Virus record (IMG/VR): IMGVR_UViG_3300037424_001572
Coordinates: 1 to 31,826 of that record
From: a virus
Taxonomy: Duplodnaviria; Caudoviricetes
Strand: one strand, 5' to 3'
DNA length: 31,826 bases
Shown here: positions 1 through 8,317 of the stretch, piece by piece
Position numbering within the stretch: the first letter of the stretch is position 1
Layout: every line of letters begins with the position of its first letter
The notes under the pieces: model-generated
Database searches by the model: none
Told to the model about the DNA's origin: nothing
The model's input: only the letters and a program-made list of their open reading frames with translations
Translations under genes and position numbers: made by a program

Positions 1-825
1 TACACAGGCGAGTATAACGCGATCGTCCAAATTAACTTCCCGGCCCTGCCAGACACGGTCGACCTGGTTCGACGGGCAAACTACACGGTGCGGACGAGCC
101 CGGCATTCCCGGACGGCATTCATCAGTACATGGGCACCGACGTGCTCAAGATTCCGGTTCAGTTCGATCTGCATCACGCCGATCGGCGTTACTGCCCACA
201 AGGACCGTTTACGCTCATTCAGGTCGCCTCTGATCTGGAATCGCTGCTTCTGCCTCTGGGTTCAGATCGTATAAGTTTGGAGTTCGGTGCCATAGACGCT
301 GACGCAGTCAGCGGGGATAACGCTTCCAAGAAACAGAATGCCGCGCAGGCCACCCAAGAGCTTGGCGGCAACGTTGAGAACGACGAGGACCTCTACCCGC
401 CGCCGGTCTGCTACCTGGAGCTGATGCGCACCACCAGTGACGGCCCAGGTATAGCCTGTCGTGGTTATGTAGATGAGGTCGCTGTAAAGTTTCATGGCCC
501 TTACATGAGGGGGCCTGAACTTTCGTTCAACCTGCCGACTAAAGCCACGTTTTCGTTTACGTTCGTTCACAACCCTGCGCACCAAAACGCCTTCCAGGGA
601 GCGCGCTACGGCAGGGTCACAGGCCTGCGCCAAGCCTATGCTCAGCATGTCCGTCAGCGCCTGTTCAACACGCTCAACATCCAGGCTTCGACAAGCTACA
701 AAGGGTTTGGCGGGCAAGAGCCGGTCGCACGTGACGTGACTCCGCCGCCGCCACGTTCCATGCACGAGCTGCGTGAGGCCGCGCCAAAGCCGAGCACGCG
801 CCAGCATCGAGGTCGGGCTCATTGA
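1..825 (+). CDS. 5'-truncated tail tube-initiator/baseplate-type protein (CIS-tube-like)
   Basis: Frame 1 is open from base 1 (YTGEYNAIVQINFPALPDTVDL...) to TGA at 823-825. 'PPPVCYLEL...CRGYVDEVAVKFHGP...LPTKATFSFTF' resembles tube-initiator proteins of contractile systems. Phage tail context. Confidence 0.5.
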   Translation, partial: YTGEYNAIVQINFPALPDTVDLVRRANYTVRTSPAFPDGIHQYMGTDVLKIPVQFDLHHADRRYCPQGPFTLIQVASDLESLLLPLGSDRISLEFGAIDADAVSGDNASKKQNAAQATQELGGNVENDEDLYPPPVCYLELMRTTSDGPGIACRGYVDEVAVKFHGPYMRGPELSFNLPTKATFSFTFVHNPAHQNAFQGARYGRVTGLRQAYAQHVRQRLFNTLNIQASTSYKGFGGQEPVARDVTPPPPRSMHELREAAPKPSTRQHRGRAH

Positions 826-867
826 CCCGAGGAAGGCCCAAGCGCTAAAGGTCTGCCGGTCGAGTCC

Positions 868-925
868 TACACAGGCGAGTATAACGCGATCGTCCAGATT
901 AACTTCCCGGTTCAGTTCGAGCTGC
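868..925 (+). repeat. Imperfect, internally deleted direct copy of 1-43 plus 158-172
   Basis: 868-910 matches 1-43 with one mismatch; 907-925 matches 154-172 with one mismatch; the pieces join at a shared CCGG. Confidence 0.9.
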
Positions 926-988
926 GTTTGCAGGAGACTCTGGATCAAACGTAAACGTCGTCAGATCCTTAAACGTGCCGCCGTCGCT

Positions 989-2947
989 CTAGCGTTCCCA
1001 GGCGTAGGTGGTTCCTCCAACAGCGCTCTTGGTGGCCACGAGCACATGGTGGGCGTAGCTAGCCGCCTCCGGGTTGTGGGTTACCAGGAAGATCAGGATG
1101 CCACACCGCTCCGCCGTCTCACGCAGGTAGCTGAAGATCGCCCGGCGCACGACCTCGTCCTGGTTGGCCCCGACCTCGTCGTACCACCTATACCCGATCC
1201 GTGACGCCGTGTTCCCGACTTCGGCCAGGGTCTCGGCCACAATGAGGTTGATCAAGCTGGCTTCGCCCTTGGAGCTGCCGTCGGCCCGCCGCGACCCTAG
1301 TACGTTGGCCACCGTGATGTTCAGCTCGGCCTTCTGCTTGCCGGTGGCCAAGGCACGATCCGTAGCGTAGCTGACCTCGATCAGACCACCGGTCATGGCG
1401 CTGCTGATGCGCTTGGCGGTGGCATTCAGAGGCCCTATGGCATCGCGCAGGATCATGTTGGGGATGCCCCGTGGGCTGAAAGCCTCCTGCCAGTAGCCCA
1501 CGATTTTCACAAGATCGTCAGACTCAGCCAGCCTGGCGGCCCCGTCGTTTACGGCTTTCTGCGCCTTCTCGGCAGTCTCGCGCTTGCTGTCCAGTACGGT
1601 CTCAGCCCTGACTACGGCCTCGTCGGTCGGCTTGGCCTCCAGCTTGGACGCCTCGCGCTCCATAGCCACCAGGTCATCCCGGTCGCTATTCTGCGTGGTC
1701 TCCAGGTCTTCGTACTGCTCGCTCAACTCGCGAACAGGCGACTTGGCCTTCACGTCTGCAAGTTCCGCATCGATAGCGTCGACCTCCTCCGAGAGGGCCT
1801 TGTAGTCCCCGTCCTCGAACGCGTTGAGGGTTTTTTCGGCCTGATCGAGCGCTGACCGCGCTTTGGCGACCTTGGTCTCCTGCTCTTTTACGGCGTGCTT
1901 GCTGTGGCTGCTGGCCCACGGCTGGCCGCAGGTCGGGCAGTTCTTGGGCCGCTGAGTCTCATCCAGGAGTGTTTCAAGGTCATCTTCGGCTGTGCGCAGG
2001 TTGGCGGCTGCGGTCTTCTGAGCAGCCTTGAGTTCGGCCAGCTTTTCGTGACCCTTACGGAGCGCCTCTTGCTCGCTCTTCAGTTCGATTTCCAGCCGCT
2101 TAGCTTCCTGGGCCGAGGCCTCGATGTTCTCGTTGATGCTCTTTTTGAGCGCCTTCATTTCTTTGTCTCGCTTGGCGATCACGTCCTGGGCGGCCTGCAA
2201 CTGCTTCCTGGCTTTGGCCTGCTTCTGCTTGTGCTCGGCCAGCGCAGTTTCGTAAACGGATTTTGCTTTGGCCAGGGCATCTTCGGCGTTGGCCGTGGCA
2301 TAGTCTGCGTCCTCCTTGGCCTGCTTCAAACTGCCGAGATTAGCGCGGTCGCTCTCCAGCTCGCGCTTGGCGGCTGTGTGCCGGGTCGTGACCTTCTGGT
2401 GGTAGTCGGTCCATGGAGGCTGCATGAGCGCCGTCATCAGCAGCTCGACTGCGCTTTTCTGGCCCAGGTTGCCAAACTTGAGCTGGTCGCCGTCAAGGTG
2501 AACCGTCCAGTTGGCCAGGTCCGTGTTAACGGTGAGCATTTTCTCCAGGTCAAGCCGCGTGTGATAAATGCGGTCACGGCGCGTCTCCTGCCCGTTAAAC
2601 GCGAAGCGTAGCGCCTCACCCGACGCGTCCAGCGGTGCGTACTTGAAGCTCATGTCCACGACCAGCGGCTTGCCATCGTAGTCGCAACTCAGGGAGACCA
2701 GCGTATCCCCACCGTCGTTGCGGCTGTAGTGGCCAAGGTGGGTGTAGCGCCCGTTAACTCCGAGCAAAGTTCGGCTGATGGCTTCACCGAGAGCGGTCTT
2801 ACCGGCCCCGATGGACCGGAATTTGCCTCTGGCAGCGTCGTTGACGCCGTGTACCAGCACCAACCCACTCTCCGGAAAATCCAGCCTCGCCTCTTCGACG
2901 GTCTGCCAGTTTCGGATCGCGATCGACTTGAGCTTGGCCTGCGACAT
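989..2947 (-). CDS. sbcC: SbcC/Rad50/gp46-like recombination ATPase
   Basis: Start reassigned to ATG 2947 (MSQAKLKSIAIRNW). Walker A 'IGAGKT', long coiled coil with zinc hook 'CPTCGQ', signature-like 'SSKGE', Walker B 'WYDE', H-loop 'VTHN'. Confidence 0.9.
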   Translation of the reverse strand: MSQAKLKSIAIRNWQTVEEARLDFPESGLVLVHGVNDAARGKFRSIGAGKTALGEAISRTLLGVNGRYTHLGHYSRNDGGDTLVSLSCDYDGKPLVVDMSFKYAPLDASGEALRFAFNGQETRRDRIYHTRLDLEKMLTVNTDLANWTVHLDGDQLKFGNLGQKSAVELLMTALMQPPWTDYHQKVTTRHTAAKRELESDRANLGSLKQAKEDADYATANAEDALAKAKSVYETALAEHKQKQAKARKQLQAAQDVIAKRDKEMKALKKSINENIEASAQEAKRLEIELKSEQEALRKGHEKLAELKAAQKTAAANLRTAEDDLETLLDETQRPKNCPTCGQPWASSHSKHAVKEQETKVAKARSALDQAEKTLNAFEDGDYKALSEEVDAIDAELADVKAKSPVRELSEQYEDLETTQNSDRDDLVAMEREASKLEAKPTDEAVVRAETVLDSKRETAEKAQKAVNDGAARLAESDDLVKIVGYWQEAFSPRGIPNMILRDAIGPLNATAKRISSAMTGGLIEVSYATDRALATGKQKAELNITVANVLGSRRADGSSKGEASLINLIVAETLAEVGNTASRIGYRWYDEVGANQDEVVRRAIFSYLRETAERCGILIFLVTHNPEAASYAHHVLVATKSAVGGTTYAWER

Positions 2948-2972
2948 AAAACGTAGAACGGTAGTTAAGGCG
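2948..2972. promoter_or_regulatory. Putative compact divergent promoter region (CGTTCT on minus, TAGTTA on plus)
   Basis: 25-bp gap between divergent ATGs. CGTTCT (minus, 2960-2955) is 7 nt before ATG 2947; TAGTTA (2962-2967) is 5 nt before ATG 2973. Confidence 0.6.
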
Positions 2973-3755
2973 ATGCGAGCAGCGGAATTCCTGGCCAAGA
3001 GCCTGCTGGAGGCGGCCCAAGCGGCCATGGTGATCCATGGTGAGGGGCTGCCGCCCGACGGGCTGTACTTCAATGCCAACAGCGACGAGGCACTGATCAA
3101 GACCGTCAAAACCAGGATCGGCTCGCTGTTCCGCGAGTACGCTGGGCGAAAGTCTTTTATCGACTGGTTCCCTCAGAGGGTGACCCTAGACTTGGACGAT
3201 TTCGCCAACGTGCTGCTGAAACTCGGCTATTCGTCCGTTGTGCGAGGGGAAAATTCCCAGGGTGTGCAGGTTTACGGATCGCCTAACCTGACCTCCCGCA
3301 ATGTCAGGCTGCTGGGTGTTGACCCCGACACCGCCGTCGACGCACGCAGCCAGGCCTGGGGGAAACCTGCCTCCGGTGTTGCTGGAAATGTGCTTAAAAA
3401 CGTCGGAGCCCCTCGGAAGAGAAGCTACATCGGAGCAACCATCGCAAGCGACGCACAGCGTCCTGGAGCGCGTGTAACCGAAGTGGAGCCAAATGGCCCG
3501 GCAGCTCAAGCTGGCGTCCGTGCGGGCGACGTGATCGTAGGCGGTGGTTTTGTGCAAGGCCGCGTTGGCCCAAACAACCAGTTCGTGCCAAGGCAGCAGA
3601 GCCCGCTCGTCAACATCAACAGCAGCGAGGACTACGCGAAGTTCATCCGAAAATGGGACAACACAGCGTATATCCAGCTGATCGTCGATCGCAACGGTAA
3701 GATTGATCCAACACGCCCTTTTCTACCGATGCCAGGCGGGCCGAATAAAGTCTGA
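2973..3755 (+). CDS. PDZ domain-containing phage protein
   Basis: C-terminal 'RSYIGATI...GARVTEVEPNGPAAQAGVRAGDVI...IQLIVDRNGK' follows the HtrA-type PDZ pattern. Start placed at ATG 2973 after TAGTTA. Confidence 0.75.
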   Translation: MRAAEFLAKSLLEAAQAAMVIHGEGLPPDGLYFNANSDEALIKTVKTRIGSLFREYAGRKSFIDWFPQRVTLDLDDFANVLLKLGYSSVVRGENSQGVQVYGSPNLTSRNVRLLGVDPDTAVDARSQAWGKPASGVAGNVLKNVGAPRKRSYIGATIASDAQRPGARVTEVEPNGPAAQAGVRAGDVIVGGGFVQGRVGPNNQFVPRQQSPLVNINSSEDYAKFIRKWDNTAYIQLIVDRNGKIDPTRPFLPMPGGPNKV

Positions 3756-4975
3756 TGTACCGGTACCTTTCAGAGCGATTGACGTTCGACCAGCTGTTCC
3801 GGGCCTCCGAGCCCAAGCGGATAAGGCGGGCATCGACTGTGCGTGGGCCGCCCCTCCAGATCACCGCCTACAGCGACTCGGTATGGCACACCTTCAACTT
3901 CAAGTCGCATCCGTCGACCACCGGCCTTCGGCATCATGGGTTCATTCGCTTCTTCCGGCCACGGAATAACCAACCGATCGAACTCCAGCACGTGCCTTGC
4001 ATGGTGGACTGCACCTGCCCGGATTTTCGCTACCGCTGGGCCTGGGTGCTGAAGAATCGTGGCAGTTCCCGCGTGGGTGTTCGCTCGATGAATCAGGCGC
4101 TCAACCTGCCGCCGAACATCACCAACCCAAGAAAGCACATCGGACTCTGTAAACACATTCTCGCTCTCAGAGACTACATCTACGGCATGCTGGCCGCCTT
4201 CCCCGGCGGAGAGCGTGATCCGGGCGAGACACTCGACCAGCTGGTGCGCTACGCGCAGGGCCGGTGGAGCGATTTCCCAGGCCAGATGGCCAGCGCCAGG
4301 GAGCGCGAGGCGTGGTTCAAGGCAGCCAAGCAGGCCCGCAACGCCGGGCTGCCGCTGCCTCCTGGGCTGCCAGAACCCTACCGGGTGAAGCTCGGGCCTG
4401 GGTTGCTTCCAGCCGTGGGCGAGGAGCCTGCGCCGGAGATTCAGGGCATCCCAGAGGTACCACGAGGGGGTCCGGAGCTGCGCCGTCGTGGACGGCCAGG
4501 ACAACAGTTGGGCCAGGAGCGGATACCTGGCCGTCAGGGACGAGAAGGCCGACCACCGCGTCCGCAAAGGGGCGAAAGCCTGATCGTTCCGGTGATGTGT
4601 GTAGGTATGATGGACGAACGACTACTGTTTGAGCGTATGAAAAACCTGACTGAGGCCCTACAGATCATTGAGGCATTGCCTGTCGACGCCGTCGACGCGC
4701 CGCCTCCGAGCGAGCTGCCTCCGAGCGAGCTGCCTCCGAGCGAGCCGCCGATGGACGACACCGCCGTGGGTGCCGACACCCAGGGCAACGTCGTGGTTGG
4801 CCTGCTCAGCGACATCAAGGACTTACTCGCCCAGCTCGTCGACGTTGACCTGGGCGAGGAGGAGCCACTGCCCGATGAAAACGCAGACGAGCTGGCGGTG
4901 GAAGTCCCCGAGCCCGGCGCAGACGAGCAGACTGAGCTGGAGACCCCGTCGGCGCGGCCCATGCCTCCCGAGTAA
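3755..4975 (+). CDS. SWIM zinc-finger protein with Pro/Arg-rich linker and acidic C-terminus
   Basis: 'VDCTCPDF...GLCKHILA' fits the CxCxnCxH SWIM motif. TGATG overlap with the upstream gene. Confidence 0.7.
   Translation: MYRYLSERLTFDQLFRASEPKRIRRASTVRGPPLQITAYSDSVWHTFNFKSHPSTTGLRHHGFIRFFRPRNNQPIELQHVPCMVDCTCPDFRYRWAWVLKNRGSSRVGVRSMNQALNLPPNITNPRKHIGLCKHILALRDYIYGMLAAFPGGERDPGETLDQLVRYAQGRWSDFPGQMASAREREAWFKAAKQARNAGLPLPPGLPEPYRVKLGPGLLPAVGEEPAPEIQGIPEVPRGGPELRRRGRPGQQLGQERIPGRQGREGRPPRPQRGESLIVPVMCVGMMDERLLFERMKNLTEALQIIEALPVDAVDAPPPSELPPSELPPSEPPMDDTAVGADTQGNVVVGLLSDIKDLLAQLVDVDLGEEEPLPDENADELAVEVPEPGADEQTELETPSARPMPPE
4702..4746 (+). repeat. 15-bp in-frame tandem repeat x3 (PPSEL)
   Basis: gcctccgagcgagct twice, then gcctccgagcgagcc. 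Confidence 0.95.
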
Positions 4976-5007
4976 GCGGCTGCCCGTAAACGAAAGCTGA
5001 ACGTGTT

Positions 5008-5457
5008 ATGATCTACGCAGGCGAATATCCGCAGCCGTTGGTGCGAACGACCAACCTGAAGTGCCCCGTCGTCGGCGGCTACGTGACGGCGCGCCTTCAG
5101 CTCCAAGGTACCGGCACGACCGCCGTGTCCGGCTACGCCGACAACACCGTCATGGTGGTGGCCGAGAACACAGGTTCCAACGTCCAGTTCAGGCTCCAGC
5201 AGACCAACGACTACACGTCCGGTCCGTGGGAGTGGCTGGGTGTCGCGAAGTCCCTCGTGCCGCAGGGGCATTTGACCTACACGGTTACCCCACGCTCGAA
5301 ATACATCGAGGTCAAAGGCATGGCCGGAACCAGTGCTGGTGTGAACTTCCAACTGAGCAGTCGGCTGCGCTGGGACATCCTTGGTTTCGACAAGACCGAT
5401 CCGGTGTACCCACCGTTCCTTTTTAACGCCAAGACGCCGACTACATCGGCGGTATAG
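5008..5457 (+). CDS. Hypothetical beta-rich virion protein (paralog family member 1)
   Basis: 149 aa; 'ENTGSNVQFRLQQ...WEWLG' pattern shared with 13486..13839 and 29714..30226. Confidence 0.6.
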   Translation: MIYAGEYPQPLVRTTNLKCPVVGGYVTARLQLQGTGTTAVSGYADNTVMVVAENTGSNVQFRLQQTNDYTSGPWEWLGVAKSLVPQGHLTYTVTPRSKYIEVKGMAGTSAGVNFQLSSRLRWDILGFDKTDPVYPPFLFNAKTPTTSAV

Positions 5458-6760
5458 GTGCCTTGTTGGGGTCCTGGGTGGTGAGGTACACACCACCCGT
5501 CAAACTCTTGCCCGAGCTTCGCGTGAGGGCGGAGTCCTGTACCGATCGGAGATTGATGGGCACACCTTGCGCCTGCTGCGGGTTGCTTAGGGCGTTGGTC
5601 GTCCGGGCAATGTCTGGGTTGACGGTCGGTTTGTTGCTGTATTCCCCGCGCTTAAGTTCGTAAACGGAATTGAGTGTTCCTTGGATGAAGGCGTGGCTGG
5701 CGGAGGTCACAAGATAGGCACCGCTCCAGCGGCTGTCCTCCGAACTTTTCGGATTCACTGTGACGCGCAAGATGTCACCTGCCCTGGCTGGGTAGAGCTT
5801 GTCGACAGTCAGCCGCATCTCGAAGCACTCCTGCCGGGCAGATTCGTACGTGTTCTGTGCTAAGTTCTCCGGCTCCTCGGGGCGGTTGGCTCCAAGGTGC
5901 CACATGATGGCTAGATCGCCCCCTGCGATCGAGTCGAGCCGATGGACGAAGTTGGCGAAACGCAGGCTTCTGCTCGGATCGCTGACAATTTCCTTGGAAA
6001 CGCCGGAATAAGGATCGTGCAGGACCAGGCGCACCCCGGCTGCGCCGGTATTCACACGCTTCTGGCTCAAATCCAGCTGCTCAAGCCGCATGCCACCGCT
6101 GGTGCTGTAGGCCAAGTCCAGTAGATTGGGCTGGTACTCAGGGCTGTGGAAGTGAACCACGTTGTCCCTGGCGAAGAAGAGGTAGTTTCCACGGCCTTTC
6201 GCGCTCCTGGCCATCCTGACCAGGCGAGACCTGACGAAATTGAAGTCGCTCTGGTAGCTCTGGTACCAGACGCCATCTCCGCTAGTGGGCTCGACTACGG
6301 TGTCTGCGCCCGCGAAGATGCGCTGAACGATCTGGCTGATGGTGCCCCGGTAAGCCACTGTTCGGTTGCCGCGATCCGCCAGGCTGAGCAAATCTTCGCA
6401 TTGGAGCACAACGTAGTGACCCGAGGCGTCACCGATGCCTTCCTGCCTGGCCGTAAATCCACGGACGTAGTAGAGCTGCCACGGCAGCCACTGGGTGTCG
6501 CTGCCAGATCCAAAGCCCAAACGCCAGCGCATCAGCGGAGTGCCGCTGGCCTGATTCAGATTGAGCACGCGGTCCACGTAGTCGATCGTGGTGGTGCTCA
6601 GCGTGATGACCAGCACCGCCGGGCCGTAAACTGTTTCTTTGAACACGGCTCTGTCCAGCTGAACGGCCTGGCTGAGGATCTGAACAGTCTGCTGCTCGAT
6701 CTTCAGCTCCAGTTGAAGCCTCGCTAAACCCGGATATGGGATGGATATGTCCTGCGGCAC
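5441..6760 (-). CDS. Baseplate hub protein (gp27/GpD/VgrG N-terminal-like)
   Basis: 'YRGTISQIVQRI', 'YQSYQSDFNFV', 'RAGDILRV...RWSGAYLVTSASHAF' are typical hub patterns. GTG start 4 nt after TAGTTA. Confidence 0.75.
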   Translation of the reverse strand: MPQDISIPYPGLARLQLELKIEQQTVQILSQAVQLDRAVFKETVYGPAVLVITLSTTTIDYVDRVLNLNQASGTPLMRWRLGFGSGSDTQWLPWQLYYVRGFTARQEGIGDASGHYVVLQCEDLLSLADRGNRTVAYRGTISQIVQRIFAGADTVVEPTSGDGVWYQSYQSDFNFVRSRLVRMARSAKGRGNYLFFARDNVVHFHSPEYQPNLLDLAYSTSGGMRLEQLDLSQKRVNTGAAGVRLVLHDPYSGVSKEIVSDPSRSLRFANFVHRLDSIAGGDLAIMWHLGANRPEEPENLAQNTYESARQECFEMRLTVDKLYPARAGDILRVTVNPKSSEDSRWSGAYLVTSASHAFIQGTLNSVYELKRGEYSNKPTVNPDIARTTNALSNPQQAQGVPINLRSVQDSALTRSSGKSLTGGVYLTTQDPNKAPIPPM

Positions 6761-6767
6761 ACTCTAA

Positions 6768-7064
6768 CTATACCTCGTCGACCGAAACGAAGCACCGCTC
6801 CAGGGCATCCTGGACATCCTGCTCCAGCCGGACGCTGCACAGCTCGACGGAGCAATCCTCGGGTTCGTCCAGCGCCTCGAAGAACTGGCGAACCGTGTTG
6901 GTGTCGTGCAGGAGCAGCTCGACCTCCCGGCGGTTCAGGCGCATCCCTTTGTCATCGTCGGCCAGGTACACGGTGGCGTGGCTGTCCTCGATCGTGACAA
7001 CGGACGATTCTTCCTCGGAATCCAGCTCCTCAATCAGTTGCACAAGTGCGTGGGGCTTTTCCAT
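6768..7064 (-). CDS. Acidic hypothetical protein
   Basis: Fills the gap between hub and neck genes; ATG 7064 (MEKPHALVQL) avoids overlap with the divergent gene. Confidence 0.55.
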   Translation of the reverse strand: MEKPHALVQLIEELDSEEESSVVTIEDSHATVYLADDDKGMRLNRREVELLLHDTNTVRQFFEALDEPEDCSVELCSVRLEQDVQDALERCFVSVDEV

Positions 7065-7080
7065 GTCGTAGTTACCGTTG

Positions 7081-7626
7081 ATGCGTTTTCGTGAGCGTAA
7101 AGAGTTTCTGTACGATCCGGCGCTGTGGCGTCGGTCGGACACGCAGACGGCTCTGACCCTGTACCGAGAGCACGTGCGCGCCAGCGCACCCCGGCCCTAC
7201 CCCAAGTTCTTTGAGGTCGACCGGCGTTCTCAGATCATCGACAGCCTCTGGCATGTCCCACTGGACAGCAGAACGGCATTCAGCCGGGTGCTGGAAATCC
7301 CCTGCATCAACACGCACGAGAAAAACAGGTGGAGGCTCACCAAAACGGGCCGCTTCGCCCAGCGGGTGGACAAGTTCACCATTGCCAACCTGGATTTGCG
7401 GGAGTTTGACTATTTTCCAGAGGGCGGCGACCTGGTCTACTACAATGGCTACCGGTACATGATCGACCACGTCAGCCTGGAGCCACAGGGCTACTGGCAC
7501 CAGACCAACGTCTGGATGGGCCTTGTGATCGAGTGCTTTATCCCGCCCGATGGCGACGCCCGGCCCGTCGTGAACCCAGGGGAGGCAGTCCCATCTGAAG
7601 TCGGTCAGCCGCTCCCCGAGGCATGA
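7081..7626 (+). CDS. Putative neck/head-closure protein (gp14-like)
   Basis: 'FPEGGDLVYYNGYRYMIDHV...YW' resembles head-closure proteins; TAGTTA 6 nt upstream; lies ahead of terminator and sheath genes. Confidence 0.55.
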   Translation: MRFRERKEFLYDPALWRRSDTQTALTLYREHVRASAPRPYPKFFEVDRRSQIIDSLWHVPLDSRTAFSRVLEIPCINTHEKNRWRLTKTGRFAQRVDKFTIANLDLREFDYFPEGGDLVYYNGYRYMIDHVSLEPQGYWHQTNVWMGLVIECFIPPDGDARPVVNPGEAVPSEVGQPLPEA

Positions 7627-7958
7627 GCTACGAAGAAGAGATAGCCGACGGGCTTGACGCGGCACTTACCGAGACAGTTTCGTTAACGCCGGAGATGCGC
7701 AAACTTTTGGCGTTCGACATCAGCGGCTGGCTGGCTCGGAGTCACAGGCGAACGGTGGCCGATGTCGACCGGCGCTTGATCGAAATGCGTAAACGAATCC
7801 AGAATCTGTGTGGGCAGCTGGAGCTTGTGGCCGAGAACGGGGCAATCGTAGTTAAGGCGTCGGGCGACGCCGAAGCGGTGTTGCAAGTGCTGGAGCTGGG
7901 ATCGGACTGGTTTCCGCCTGCTCCGATGGAACAGTTTGTGTTGGCCGTGCTGGCGTAA
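7623..7958 (+). CDS. Hypothetical protein in neck/tail-completion region
   Basis: ATGA overlap with the previous gene; 111 aa. Confidence 0.6.
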   Translation: MSYEEEIADGLDAALTETVSLTPEMRKLLAFDISGWLARSHRRTVADVDRRLIEMRKRIQNLCGQLELVAENGAIVVKASGDAEAVLQVLELGSDWFPPAPMEQFVLAVLA

Positions 7959-7971
7959 CGTAGATAAAAGT

Positions 7972-8238
7972 ATGAAGACCGAGAGAATCAAGACGCTGAT
8001 CGAGGGCTGCGACGGTACCCCCAACGGTATCAAGCGGACGGCGGCTGCGATTTTAGCCGAGGACACCCAGATCAAGGTCGGCGACACCGTCGGCGTCGTG
8101 TCTGAGGACGAGACCATGGGCATGGTTGGCAAGGGCAAGGTCAAGAGCTTCAGCGACGACAAGGCCTATGCCAACGTCGTCTTCGACGACGGTCGCGTGA
8201 TCCCGATCCTGACCAACGGGCTCTACCTCGTCCGATAA
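7972..8238 (+). CDS. Small SH3/KOW-like hypothetical protein
   Basis: 'IKVGDTVGV...GKGKVKSFSDDKAYANVVFDDG' SH3-like barrel pattern; ATG 7972 follows the variant TAGATA by 5 nt. Confidence 0.6.
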   Translation: MKTERIKTLIEGCDGTPNGIKRTAAAILAEDTQIKVGDTVGVVSEDETMGMVGKGKVKSFSDDKAYANVVFDDGRVIPILTNGLYLVR

Positions 8239-8267
8239 GCCTTCGGGCCAGGCCAGCATTCGCTCCT

Positions 8268-8301
8268 GCCGGTCGTCGGTCGGCGACCGGCTTTCTGTTT
8301 T
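8268..8301 (+). terminator. Intrinsic terminator
   Basis: Stem gccggtcgtc/ggcgaccggc (one G-U), 4-nt loop, followed by tttctgtttt. Confidence 0.75.
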
Positions 8302-8317
8302 CTGAGGTAGTTAGGGC

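Noticed and set aside
1-925. Repeat pair as diversity-generating retroelement TR/VR
   Set aside because: Only two mismatches, not consistently adenine-specific; the match is not at a C-terminal variable region; no reverse transcriptase in the window.
823-954. Stop-codon recoding suggested by in-frame continuation after TGA
   Set aside because: TGA, TAG and TAA all end well-supported genes and conserved genes are uninterrupted in the standard code; the duplication explains the open frame.
2778-3109. Extended overlapping N-termini of SbcC and the PDZ ORF in the ORF track
   Set aside because: Recognisable sequence begins at ATG 2947 and ATG 2973, which removes the overlap and fits the motifs.
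4702-4746. Tandem repeat as a CRISPR array
   Set aside because: No spacers; in-frame 15-bp coding repeat.
7849-7854. TAGTTA inside the 7623..7958 gene as a start signal
   Set aside because: No start codon at the usual distance; could be an internal promoter but not supportable from sequence alone.
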